Assembly: GCA_964478555.1 (NCBI GenBank)
Contig: CAYZNC010000001.1
Span: 1-59,680 of the forward strand
Reading direction: 5' to 3'
DNA length: 59,680 nucleotides
DNA from: an uncultured Bacteroidales bacterium
Lineage (GTDB): Bacteria > Bacteroidota > Bacteroidia > Bacteroidales > JAAUTT01
Positions 48,945 through 58,562 of the stretch are shown in pieces (the stretch's first letter is position 1; each line of letters starts with the position of its first letter). Both the position numbers and the translations under genes were made by a program. The notes beneath the pieces were generated by a model that did not search any database, was not told the DNA's origin, and was given only the letters and a program-made list of their open reading frames with translations.

Positions 48945-49093
48945 GATGAATGGCTTTAAAAAGGTTAATTGTCAATTAAATTTCGTAAAGCAAAACCTCA
49001 AGTCGCAAAAAATATTTTTCTTTATGACCTGATGGCTTTGTGTTATAATAGATTATATTTCAAGGTATTTCAGCTAACAATCAATTTTATTAA

Positions 49094-49760
49094 TTATTTC
49101 ACTATTATTTTTTTCTGAACCTCTTCCTGCTTTGATTTTAAAGAAATAATATAAATTCCTTTAGCCCATTTTGAAATATCAGGTTGAACAATATTCGTAT
49201 CTTTTGTAATGATGGAGGTGTATACAGTTCTGCCGGTGATGTTGTAAATTTTAAGGATGCCCTGGTTGGATATTCCTTTAAAAGCAACCGTTAAGTTTCC
49301 TATTGCAGGATTGGGATAAGCGTCCATGTCAACAGAAATGCTATGTTCGGGATTAGACATTTCAGATTTGACCGTACTACCATATACTTCAAATTCCCAC
49401 AATGAAAAGCCATATTGTGTAGCCCTGGTTAATCCGTACATCCGCACATAACGGGCGTTCACGGTTGGGAAGCTAATATCTTCCGTGCCACCGGCACCAG
49501 ACGTTATTGTTTTTTGTATTGTCCAGTTTACGTTGTCGGAGGAGGTCTCGATGCGGTACGAGCTGGCATAAGCAGTCTCCCACTTGAGCACAACGCGTGA
49601 GATATTTTGAGCGGAGCCAAGGTCGACTGATATCCATTGGTTGTTGGCGTACGAAGAGGACCAACGGGTTGCGGTAGCATCTCCATCAAAAGCCTTGTAA
49701 GGTTCGAAACCGGCAGTTTCTGTAGAAGAGGCACTGGCAGTTTGGTTTAATGCCAAATTA
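49094..49760 (-). repeat. Paralogous DNA block: 3' end of the GH26-like gene, a mosaic of two segments of the GH18 gene
   Basis: See 46650..47715. The junction of the two matching segments is at about 49433-49441 (AATCCGTACAT|CCGCACATAACGGG). Confidence 0.8.
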
Positions 49761-51664
49761 GCTGATGTTGCAGTAAATTGCACCCAGTTAAGGTTAAAAT
49801 AATCTGCTGCATCCATTACAATGCGCATAATCTTTTTACCAACAGTGATTGCAGGCGTCACTGCACTGATGGTAGTCCAGGTTTGCCATTCTCCTGTATT
49901 TGGAACGGCAAGGGTTCCTGAAATATTCTGTCCATCGAGTTCTATATGGAATGTCTTGCCTGTAGTTATTGCAGCTACCCTGCACTGGATGGTATAAGGA
50001 CCGGCTGTTGTCACATTAACTGTGTATTCCACCCATTCTGAGGATTGAACATCGGCAAGATTATACCCGCCTTCGGCACAAGTCTGAATATCTACAGCTT
50101 CGTTTGGGCGATATTCGCCTTTCGTATTAGTAGGAGTTAAATCGTGAAAAGCAACACCCTCACCACCAATATCATAATCCTCTGCCTCAATTTTACCGGG
50201 AATAGACCACGCTGTTCCTCCAAAAGGAGTTTGAGGTGCAGTACCATATACTTCTAATTCGTAAATGGAATAACCATATTTTGTAGCCCTGGCAGTTCCA
50301 TAAATTCTGACATATCTGCCGGTACCGGACAAACCAGTGTTGTCATTTATGAGTGCGGTATTGCCTGATATGGCTTTCACAGTTGTCCAATTAGCGGCAT
50401 CACTGGATATTTGAATCTGATAAGCAGTGGCATAAGCTGTCTCCCAAGTAATTTTAACCTGGTTAATATCATAATTAGCACCCAGGTCGACATATATCCA
50501 TTGCGGATCGGAATAAGCAGATGACCACCGTGTGCCATAATTGCCATCTGTGGCATTGGCAGCAATATTTGTTCCTGCCTCAGTTGTTGATACAGTCACC
50601 GGTTTGGATGTGGCAAGATTTGCCGGGGCACTATTCCAACCAGGCATTTCGTCCCTTGTAAGTACCCTAGTAATATTATATACATCTTTGATAGTTTGAT
50701 CGGTGTTGTTTTGTTGCAACAAATAAGACCAGTTCATAAAAAATACCCAGCGAGGCTGATTTTGAAAAACTGATGCATCAGGCAAGTTCCCACACTCGCC
50801 AATTGCAATTGGTTTATTGCCTGCCTGGGCAACCAATGCGTTGTAATACGACATATTTGTGTATCCATCGCTATATACATCCAGAGCAGCAACATCCCAG
50901 TAGGCATCGCCAGGATTATAATCGCCGAAGTTGGTACTCATATCCTGTACATCCCAAATCCATATAAGATTTGTTAAGCCTTTGGTGTTTACAAAGTAAT
51001 CATGGGTTAATTGATAGAGTTTTTTGGTGTAATCGGGATGGACTACCCCATCTTCGGTTTTACCACCCCACCAGAACGCAGATTGATTCTGTTCGTGTAA
51101 AGGCCGGAACATTACTTCCACACCTTTATCCTTTAAATACTGAAGAAATGGAGCAATTTCGTCCATCCTCGATTTCCAAATCTGGTTTATTGAACTGCCA
51201 TTGGTAAGCAGTGATGACCATTGACTATACGTAAGATTACTTAATACGCCGCCATCCCAGTTACAAGAAGCGTTTTGTGTTGGCGGGCAGCAATGCCACA
51301 TCATATTGATAATGGCTCCTTTATTCCATTGCTGTTCTGCCTCGTAGGTAATATCCCATCGTAATTGACTGTCACCACTAAAGAGAAAATCACCACTCCA
51401 TAATCCGGGATATTTGCCCGTGATACTGTTAACCTTTTCCGTATAAGTTGAGGCTCCGGTTCCATCTTTCTGATCGTTGTGTTGACCAGCAATTGTTTTA
51501 TTACCAGAGATGGAATAGAGGTAGTTTAAGCTTTTAAAACGGGTTTGTGCATGCAATGCAGGTGACCAAAAAACTGTAAGCACAACAAATAAAAGCTGTG
51601 CAGAACGTTTTGGTTTTAAAAAACTCACATACCATAGATAATTAAAGAAATTTAGGTTTTTCAT
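49094..51664 (-). CDS. Secreted GH26-like glycoside hydrolase with discoidin, CBM6-like and second discoidin modules and a T9SS C-terminal sorting domain
   Basis: The ATG at 51664 (MKNLNFFNYLWYVSF...ALHAQ) gives a signal peptide. The ORF-track start at 51796 adds 44 unlikely residues. GH26-type motifs GQHNDQ, MMWH, FRPLHEQN..FWWGG (acid/base region), NLIWIWD, KPIAIGECG (nucleophile region). CBM6-like IEAEDYD...GEGVAFHD...NLNWVQF. CTD as in the neighbouring GH18 gene. Confidence 0.8.
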   Translation of the reverse strand: MKNLNFFNYLWYVSFLKPKRSAQLLFVVLTVFWSPALHAQTRFKSLNYLYSISGNKTIAGQHNDQKDGTGASTYTEKVNSITGKYPGLWSGDFLFSGDSQLRWDITYEAEQQWNKGAIINMMWHCCPPTQNASCNWDGGVLSNLTYSQWSSLLTNGSSINQIWKSRMDEIAPFLQYLKDKGVEVMFRPLHEQNQSAFWWGGKTEDGVVHPDYTKKLYQLTHDYFVNTKGLTNLIWIWDVQDMSTNFGDYNPGDAYWDVAALDVYSDGYTNMSYYNALVAQAGNKPIAIGECGNLPDASVFQNQPRWVFFMNWSYLLQQNNTDQTIKDVYNITRVLTRDEMPGWNSAPANLATSKPVTVSTTEAGTNIAANATDGNYGTRWSSAYSDPQWIYVDLGANYDINQVKITWETAYATAYQIQISSDAANWTTVKAISGNTALINDNTGLSGTGRYVRIYGTARATKYGYSIYELEVYGTAPQTPFGGTAWSIPGKIEAEDYDIGGEGVAFHDLTPTNTKGEYRPNEAVDIQTCAEGGYNLADVQSSEWVEYTVNVTTAGPYTIQCRVAAITTGKTFHIELDGQNISGTLAVPNTGEWQTWTTISAVTPAITVGKKIMRIVMDAADYFNLNWVQFTATSANLALNQTASASSTETAGFEPYKAFDGDATATRWSSSYANNQWISVDLGSAQNISRVVLKWETAYASSYRIETSSDNVNWTIQKTITSGAGGTEDISFPTVNARYVRMYGLTRATQYGFSLWEFEVYGSTVKSEMSNPEHSISVDMDAYPNPAIGNLTVAFKGISNQGILKIYNITGRTVYTSIITKDTNIVQPDISKWAKGIYIISLKSKQEEVQKKIIVK

Positions 51665-52040
51665 CCGTACAAAATTGTTTTTTAAAGGTCGGATGAAGCT
51701 CGTCCCGTGACTAGGGGATTCATGCAAGTTTAGTTCGCTTTGCTCATGAGAACGCTTGCGCTTAGTTGTGTATTGATTAATACATGCTCGGTTCATAATG
51801 ATAAGTTTAAAGGGTTAAGTTAGTTGAGGTTAAAAATTACCATAACTGCATAAGTAAAAATTTAATAGTTAGTTAATTACATAAACTGAAAATCAAATAA
51901 GAAAAATGATCTCAAAAACTTTCGAGGCTTTTCTTTTCTCTATAAAATCTATACTTGTTTTTCTTTCAAATGTAATGACAATGTCTGTTTCCGACCTGTA
52001 AAATAGTTTCAAAAGCATGCAAAATTGTACCAGAGTCGGG

Positions 52041-55000
52041 TTACTCTTCTATGCATATTTCTTTTTCTTTCCCCAAAACTTTTTTATACTCTGATGGTGT
52101 TTGACCATATTGTTTTTTAAAGCAACGACTAAAATAAAATGGGTCTGTAAAGCCCACAGAATATGCAATTTCTGAAATATTGCCTGTGTTATTTATCAGT
52201 AAGACAGCAGCTTTATTCAAACGCATTAACAGGATAAAATCATTAGGAGTTAATCCGGAAAGTTCCTTGGTTTTTTTAAAAAGCACATTGCGACCAATTG
52301 ATAACTCCGAAGCAAATTTCAGGATATTAAATTCAGGGTCTGCCAGATTGCGATTGACACAATCTATCAATTGTTTTATAAATTCGGAATCTCGCGATAT
52401 TGGAGTTTCCATATTTGATTTGACCAATACCTCACGATTAAAATATTCGCGCAACTTAGCCCTGTGAAAAAGTATGTTCTGAAGTCGCATTTCCAGATCT
52501 TGGGCATTAAATGGTTTCAACAGATAAGCATCGGCTCCGGCTTTTAATCCTGTTAATTTATCTTCATCACTGCTTTTGGCTGTGAGCATTATTATCGGTA
52601 TATGACTCGTGCGTATGTCGCTTTTAAGCGCATGGCAAAGCACAAGACCATCCATTTCGGGCATAATGATGTCAGAAATTACGATATCAGGAATTTTTTC
52701 TGTGCAAAGATCAAATCCCTTTTTCCCATTATTGGCCAGGATTATATTGTATTTATGTTCCAATAAACCAGCTACAAATAGTTGCATATCTATATTGTCC
52801 TCAATGATTAATATGGTAGGTAAGTTTTTGAGGTGCTTTTTAGTTTCATCAATACTAACATTGGTGTTCTGGAGTTCAAAGTCTTCTGCAATTTGTTTTT
52901 GAAGATGTTGATTTATTTTATTGGAATCTTGGCTATGATGTAATTGTTCCTTTGAAAAATGGTCTTTACCAATACCCAACTGAACTATAAAACAACTACC
53001 ATGGTTCTTCTGGCTTTCTACCCAAATTTTCCCATGATGCATTCCTACCAATTCCTTAACCAACGCAAGCCCAATTCCTGAACCAGTTGTGTGATGTTCA
53101 AATGAGTTCATTTCTTGGAAAAAGCTATTAAAAATGGCTTCTTTGTTTTGTTCGGAAATGCCTATTCCATTATCAGATACTCGAATCTCTGCGTATCCGT
53201 TCATAAAGTTTTCAGAAGATCCGTAATTTTCAATTTTTACCTGAATAGTTCCACCATCAGGTGTAAATTTTATGGCGTTTGAAAGAAGGTTAAAAAATAT
53301 TTTTTCTAACATTTCGACATCTGCCCAAATGGCAATAGAATGGTTGGGACAGGAGAGAGAAATGGTTTGCTTATGAAGGTCAGCATAAGGTTCAAAGGCG
53401 TATATTACTTCACTTATTAAACTTTCCAAATTTATTTCGGAAACCGAAACTTCCATCGAACAGGTTTCTATTTTCCTAAAATCTAGCAATTGATTGATTA
53501 GTTGCAATAAACGCTTTGAATTTCGCAACATTGTTTCTAATTGGAACTTGTTAAAAACGCCGTTTTTGATTGTGTTCTCTAGCGGGCCAATAATAAGCGT
53601 CAAGGGGGTACGGAGCTCGTGCGAAATATGAGTGAAAAAGTTGAGTTTTATTTGATTGACCTGTTTTATTTTTTCAAATTCTATTCGTTTAATCAACAGT
53701 TCGTTTTTTAGGTTGATAGCTATAATGGTGTGCTTTCGGAACATATATAAAGCTCCAATTAAAATAATAAGATAGAACACATAAGCAGGATAGGTTTTCC
53801 AAAAAGGCGGTTTTATGATAATTTTCAACGAGGCCTCTTTTTCACTCCAAACGCCATTATTGTTTGATGCTTTAACCCTAAAAATATATGTGCCGGGACT
53901 GAGATTTGTATAAGTAGCAGCTCGTCGGGTGCCAATTGTATTCCATTGTTTGTCAAAGCCCTCTAACATGCAGGTGTATTGGCACTTTTCGGGCTGAGTA
54001 AAGGTAAGCGCTACAAACCCAAATGTGAGTGAGTTTTGGTTATAACTCAGCTGTAACTCTTTTGTAAACGAAATATCCTGTTCTAAAATGGATCCTTTTT
54101 TTGGTAAAATGGCTTGATTTGAAATCTGAAGTTCGGTAATGTACAATCGTGGTAAGGTTTTATTCTCTTTAAATTGATCGGGATTGAATAAGTTGAATCC
54201 GTTTATTCCCCCAAATGCCATTTCGCCATTGGATAATTTATAAAAAGACCAACGGTTAAACTGGACGCTTTGCAGACCATCCTTTAAAGTAAATGCAATG
54301 CTCTGGTGTGTTTCAGGATCAAAACGGCAAATTCCATTATTGGTGCTAAGCCACAAGAAGTGCTTTGAATCTTCCAGTATGCCATAAATGTAATTATTAG
54401 GAAGCCCTTGATTTACGGTGAAGTTTTTAAAACTATTTTTAACAGTATCAAATAAATCTAGCCCATTTTTTGTACCCACCCAAAATCTGTCTTTACTATC
54501 AATTAGTATCGATAAAACTCCATTGCTGCTAATACTATTGGGAATGGTTTTGTTTTCGGCATATGTGGTGACTTTTTGTGTTTTGATGTTGAATTTTTTA
54601 AGACCCTCGACTTCAGTGGCAATCCATAAGTTGCCAACTTGATCGGCAATGGTTTGTATTACTTGAGGGTTAAATTCGTCTTCGTTCTTAGTATGCATGT
54701 AACGTGTAAAGTTGTTGTGTTTTTTATTGTATAAGTTGAGTGCTTTGTTCCATGTACCAATCCATATGTTATTGTTCTGGTCGCGATAAATATTAAAAAT
54801 GCAATTGCTACTTATAGAGTTCTTGTTTTTCCGATCATAGACATTGTGCGTGAACTTGTTCGCTTTTTTGTCGAAAAAATCTACTCCGCCTTCCCAAGTG
54901 CCTATCCACAGTCCATCATTTTCGTCGGCACACAGTGCCAGTACTTTATTGGTTGAAATGCTGTTGGAATTTCCGTGTTGATGCTGATAATGAGTGAACT

Positions 55001-56195
55001 GTTTGTTTTTACAGTCTAGGTAACTGAGTCCGCCTCCATCAGTCGCTATCCAAAGGTCTCCATTCTTTGCTTCTGCAAATTGCTGAACATTATTATTAAT
55101 TAAACTATTAGGATTGTATGGTTGATTTTTGAAATGCTTAAATCTAAATTGATTGGGATCATAAACGTTGATACCCCCAAATTTTGCACCTACCCATATG
55201 CGGTTCTCTTTATCAAGATAAACAGATGAAATAACGTTGCTCGAAAGCCCTTTTTCGATATTAGGCTGTTGTAATAACTGTTCAAACCGATCTGTGGAAG
55301 GGATGTATTTAATTAGTCCATAGTCGGTGGCTATCCAAATATTTCCATCGCGATCTTCGGTAAATTGTTTTACGGTAAGGTTACTTAAGCCCGAATGGTA
55401 GATAAATTGCTGGTTGTAATTAATAATTTGCCCGCTACTTTTTAGTACTTTTAATATTCCGTTGAATTCGGTTGCTATCCAAATATTGTGCTTCGAATCT
55501 TCGAAAATGCTATTCACATAATCGTGGCAAAGCAGGTCCTGGTACTTTTGTGGCAAACACGAAAATTTTTGATTGGAACTGTCAAATATACTGACACCTC
55601 CTTTTTGACCAATCCAGAATTTACCATTTGTGGCCTGTACGATGGTTTTGATGGCATTGTTGGCCAAAGATAACCTATTACTTATTGCATTTCTAAAAAT
55701 TGTAAAATGGCCATTTGCAGGGTGGTATATATTTAATCCATCATTGGTTCCCACCCAAATCTCATTTTGTGTATCGACCATTATGGACTGAATTACTGCG
55801 TTACTAATTCCATTGGGATTTTTTTTATTTGGTAAAAAACACTGAAATTTTTTATATTTTGGATTGTAACGGTTTAACCCGCTTGCTGTTCCAATCCAAA
55901 TATTATTATCCATGTCTTCGGCTAAAGAGAGAACATGATTGTTGCTAATCGAATTGTTATCGTTGGGATTATTACGGAAGATAATGAACCTATAACCATC
56001 GTAAAGATTAAGGCCATCTTCGGTGCCAAACCACAAAAAGCCACGGCTATCTTGCAATATTGCGCAAACATTGCATTGTGACAAGCCGTCATCAACCCGA
56101 AGGTTTTCAAATTCAATTTGTTGAGAAAAAGTATTCCATGCAATTAAAAGTAATTGCATAAGGCATAGCGTCTTGAGGTAAAGGTTTTTTCTCAT
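52041..56195 (-). CDS. Hybrid two-component system (HTCS) sensor histidine kinase/response regulator with AraC-type HTH output
   Basis: 1384 aa. Signal peptide. Beta-propeller-type repeats (WFGT/WIGT/WVGT). Y_Y_Y-like module (YTCMLEGFDKQW...GTYIFRVKAS). TM helix. H-box FFTHISHELRTPLTLI. ATP-lid GSGIGLALVKELV. Receiver ILIIEDNIDM...DIVISDIIMPEMDG. AraC HTH (GFTDPFYFSRCFKKQYGQTPSEY). Confidence 0.94.
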   Translation of the reverse strand: MRKNLYLKTLCLMQLLLIAWNTFSQQIEFENLRVDDGLSQCNVCAILQDSRGFLWFGTEDGLNLYDGYRFIIFRNNPNDNNSISNNHVLSLAEDMDNNIWIGTASGLNRYNPKYKKFQCFLPNKKNPNGISNAVIQSIMVDTQNEIWVGTNDGLNIYHPANGHFTIFRNAISNRLSLANNAIKTIVQATNGKFWIGQKGGVSIFDSSNQKFSCLPQKYQDLLCHDYVNSIFEDSKHNIWIATEFNGILKVLKSSGQIINYNQQFIYHSGLSNLTVKQFTEDRDGNIWIATDYGLIKYIPSTDRFEQLLQQPNIEKGLSSNVISSVYLDKENRIWVGAKFGGINVYDPNQFRFKHFKNQPYNPNSLINNNVQQFAEAKNGDLWIATDGGGLSYLDCKNKQFTHYQHQHGNSNSISTNKVLALCADENDGLWIGTWEGGVDFFDKKANKFTHNVYDRKNKNSISSNCIFNIYRDQNNNIWIGTWNKALNLYNKKHNNFTRYMHTKNEDEFNPQVIQTIADQVGNLWIATEVEGLKKFNIKTQKVTTYAENKTIPNSISSNGVLSILIDSKDRFWVGTKNGLDLFDTVKNSFKNFTVNQGLPNNYIYGILEDSKHFLWLSTNNGICRFDPETHQSIAFTLKDGLQSVQFNRWSFYKLSNGEMAFGGINGFNLFNPDQFKENKTLPRLYITELQISNQAILPKKGSILEQDISFTKELQLSYNQNSLTFGFVALTFTQPEKCQYTCMLEGFDKQWNTIGTRRAATYTNLSPGTYIFRVKASNNNGVWSEKEASLKIIIKPPFWKTYPAYVFYLIILIGALYMFRKHTIIAINLKNELLIKRIEFEKIKQVNQIKLNFFTHISHELRTPLTLIIGPLENTIKNGVFNKFQLETMLRNSKRLLQLINQLLDFRKIETCSMEVSVSEINLESLISEVIYAFEPYADLHKQTISLSCPNHSIAIWADVEMLEKIFFNLLSNAIKFTPDGGTIQVKIENYGSSENFMNGYAEIRVSDNGIGISEQNKEAIFNSFFQEMNSFEHHTTGSGIGLALVKELVGMHHGKIWVESQKNHGSCFIVQLGIGKDHFSKEQLHHSQDSNKINQHLQKQIAEDFELQNTNVSIDETKKHLKNLPTILIIEDNIDMQLFVAGLLEHKYNIILANNGKKGFDLCTEKIPDIVISDIIMPEMDGLVLCHALKSDIRTSHIPIIMLTAKSSDEDKLTGLKAGADAYLLKPFNAQDLEMRLQNILFHRAKLREYFNREVLVKSNMETPISRDSEFIKQLIDCVNRNLADPEFNILKFASELSIGRNVLFKKTKELSGLTPNDFILLMRLNKAAVLLINNTGNISEIAYSVGFTDPFYFSRCFKKQYGQTPSEYKKVLGKEKEICIEE

Positions 56196-56777
56196 GGCTA
56201 TTAATGTAGGTGAATAAATCTTTACAAAACACAGGACTCTCTGCCAGCATTAATCAGACGTATTTAATTCGACTAAGTAAAAATGGCAGACAATCCCGAA
56301 TACTCGGGAAATGGATAAATTAATCAGGGGTCAGGGATTAATTCATTACAAACCGGAATTGGGTGATTAAAAAATTACCCTGAATTGCAAGTGGAAAAAA
56401 ATATCCTGATTGAAATTAACTGTTCATGAAGAGTGGTGGCTTTTGTAAACATGGGTTATGGTATTTAATTGAGAAAATAATTGATTAGGTTAACGGTTTC
56501 AAAACTTATTTTCAACTAAATATTGCTGAAGTGGATTTTACGGTTAAAATGTAAATAGGTTATAAAAAATTAACCAATTTCATTTATGTTGATTTTAAGT
56601 GCAATACATGGCTGATCAAATTTGTAATCTGCAATCAGTATTTAGTAGCCTATCGATAGTCATTAATTCATTAATTTTTACGAAATTTACTTTTACGAAG
56701 AAAAATTTAATATGATTAAACAAGATCTTGTTTATGTTGTTTTTCATGAATAAAAATGTTCAGATTACTATCAAACA

Positions 56778-56987
56778 ATGAAAAACACATTGCTAAACAT
56801 ATTTCACTTATATGATGATGGCTTCAGGAGCATGACCGTTGGTAAGAAACTTTGGATCATCATCCTCATTAAGTTATTTGTGATGTTTCTCGTACTAAAA
56901 CTTTTTTTCTTTCACGATTTTCTTAAATCTAATTTCAATTCCGATAAGGCTCGTGCCGAATATGTTTTGAAACAACTAACTCGCTAA
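56778..56987 (+). CDS. Small membrane protein upstream of cydAB (DUF4492-like)
   Basis: 69 aa. One TM helix (LWIIILIKLFVMFLVLKLFFF). Ends 4 nt before cydA. This position matches the small conserved ORF that precedes cydAB in Bacteroidetes. Confidence 0.7.
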   Translation: MKNTLLNIFHLYDDGFRSMTVGKKLWIIILIKLFVMFLVLKLFFFHDFLKSNFNSDKARAEYVLKQLTR

Positions 56988-56991
56988 TCCT

Positions 56992-58560
56992 ATGCTTGAT
57001 AACATTGATCTCTCTTTAGTTGACTGGTCGCGGGCACAATTTGCGCTTACCGCCATGTATCATTGGTTGTTTGTCCCCCTTACCTTGGGGCTTTCTTTTA
57101 TTGTCGCATTCATGGAGTCCATCTATATCAAAACAGGTAACCCGGAATGGAAGCGTATTACAAAGTTTTGGATGACACTCTTTGGGATTAATTTTGCCAT
57201 TGGCGTAGCCACAGGTATTATTCTCGAATTTGAGTTCGGTACCAACTGGTCTAATTATTCCTGGTTTGTGGGCGATATATTTGGTGCACCACTCGCCATT
57301 GAAGGAATTATGGCTTTTTTTCTGGAGTCTACCTTTATTGCCATCATGTTTTTTGGATGGAATAAGGTAAGCCCCAAATTTCATCTGGCTTCTACATGGC
57401 TAGTGGCGATAGGAGCTAATTTGTCTGCTCTTTGGATACTGGTTGCCAATGCATGGATGCAACTTCCTATCGGCATGCATTTTAATCCTGATACTGCCCG
57501 TAATGAGATGATTAATTTCTGGCAGGTTTTATTTTCACCCATGGCTGTGGATAAGTTTCTTCATACCATTACTTCGGGCTTTACCGTAGCCTCTATTTTT
57601 GTCATAGGTATTAGCGCATGGTTTTTATTAAAGAAGCGCGAAATCGTTTTTGCTAAACGCAGTATGGTTATTGCGGGAGTTTTTGGACTTCTCGCGGCTA
57701 TTTTCCTGGCATTTACAGGCGATAGTTCTGCCAGGCTGCTTGCACACAAACAGCCTATGAAATTTGCCGCTTTCGAAGGTCTGTATGATGGTGATAACGG
57801 TGTACCTTTGCTGGCCTTCGGTGTTGTTAGTCAACAGCCACCGCATTCAAAAAATTATCTGCCGGATATAAAAATAAAAATTGAAATTCCTGATTTTCTC
57901 TCTTACATGGCCTACTTCAACTCCAAAGCCTATATTCCCGGAGTTAATGATCTAATTAATGGGAATAAGGCACAAGGTTTATTATCTGCACAAGAGAAAA
58001 TTGAAAGGGGAAAGATAGCCCGGAATGTGCTCAAGGAATATAAGGAAGCCAAAGAGAAGGGAGATTTGGCTGTTGCTGACGTGCTTCGAAGCCAATTTGA
58101 AAATCCTGAATTCCTAGAGAAGAATTTCAAATATTTCGGTTATGGTTTTCTCAATGATACTAAAAGCTTGATTCCCAATGTACCACTATCGTTTTACAGT
58201 TTTCACATCATGGTATTTTTAGGGTTTTATTTCATTTTGTTTTTTGCAATGATATTGTTTTTTGTATTTAAGAAAAACATTGATAACAAACGTTGGTTTT
58301 TGTGGATAGCCCTACTGACTATTCCTTTACCATTTATAGCAGGGCAGGCCGGGTGGATTGTTGCCGAAGTGGGCCGTCAGCCTTGGGTTATACAAGATTA
58401 CTTACCTACTGTAGCTGCAGTTTCACAGATAGATGCAAGCTCAGTGCAAATAACGTTCTGGCTATTTGCCATAGTATTCACGGCTTTACTGATTGCTGAG
58501 CTGTCCATCATGACAAAACAGGTTAAAATTGGTCCAAAAGAAGAAAAAGGGGGGGAATAA
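56992..58560 (+). CDS. cydA: Cytochrome bd ubiquinol oxidase subunit I
   Basis: 522 aa. WSRAQFALTAMYHWLFVPLTLG. Multiple TM helices. Periplasmic Q-loop. GWIVAEVGRQPWVIQ. Confidence 0.95.
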   Translation: MLDNIDLSLVDWSRAQFALTAMYHWLFVPLTLGLSFIVAFMESIYIKTGNPEWKRITKFWMTLFGINFAIGVATGIILEFEFGTNWSNYSWFVGDIFGAPLAIEGIMAFFLESTFIAIMFFGWNKVSPKFHLASTWLVAIGANLSALWILVANAWMQLPIGMHFNPDTARNEMINFWQVLFSPMAVDKFLHTITSGFTVASIFVIGISAWFLLKKREIVFAKRSMVIAGVFGLLAAIFLAFTGDSSARLLAHKQPMKFAAFEGLYDGDNGVPLLAFGVVSQQPPHSKNYLPDIKIKIEIPDFLSYMAYFNSKAYIPGVNDLINGNKAQGLLSAQEKIERGKIARNVLKEYKEAKEKGDLAVADVLRSQFENPEFLEKNFKYFGYGFLNDTKSLIPNVPLSFYSFHIMVFLGFYFILFFAMILFFVFKKNIDNKRWFLWIALLTIPLPFIAGQAGWIVAEVGRQPWVIQDYLPTVAAVSQIDASSVQITFWLFAIVFTALLIAELSIMTKQVKIGPKEEKGGE

Positions 58561-58562
58561 TT

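Noticed and set aside
46650-49760. The repeat pair as template/variable repeats of a diversity-generating retroelement
   Set aside because: No reverse transcriptase gene lies in the window. The differences between copies are ordinary scattered transitions rather than adenine-specific substitutions.
51797-52040. Possible HTCS operator upstream of the GH26-like gene (AGTTAGTT at 51818 and 51867)
   Set aside because: There are only two copies, at a non-helical 49-bp spacing in very AT-rich sequence. The pattern is not distinguishable from chance and is unrelated to the GTAACAAA array.
56406-56420. FNR/CRP-like site CTGATTGAAATTAAC upstream of the cyd operon
   Set aside because: It has two mismatches to TTGAT-N4-ATCAA and lies more than 350 bp from the first cyd-operon start codon. 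That is too weak to call.
57016-57384. 122-aa minus-strand ORF
   Set aside because: It is antisense inside cydA. Shadow ORF.
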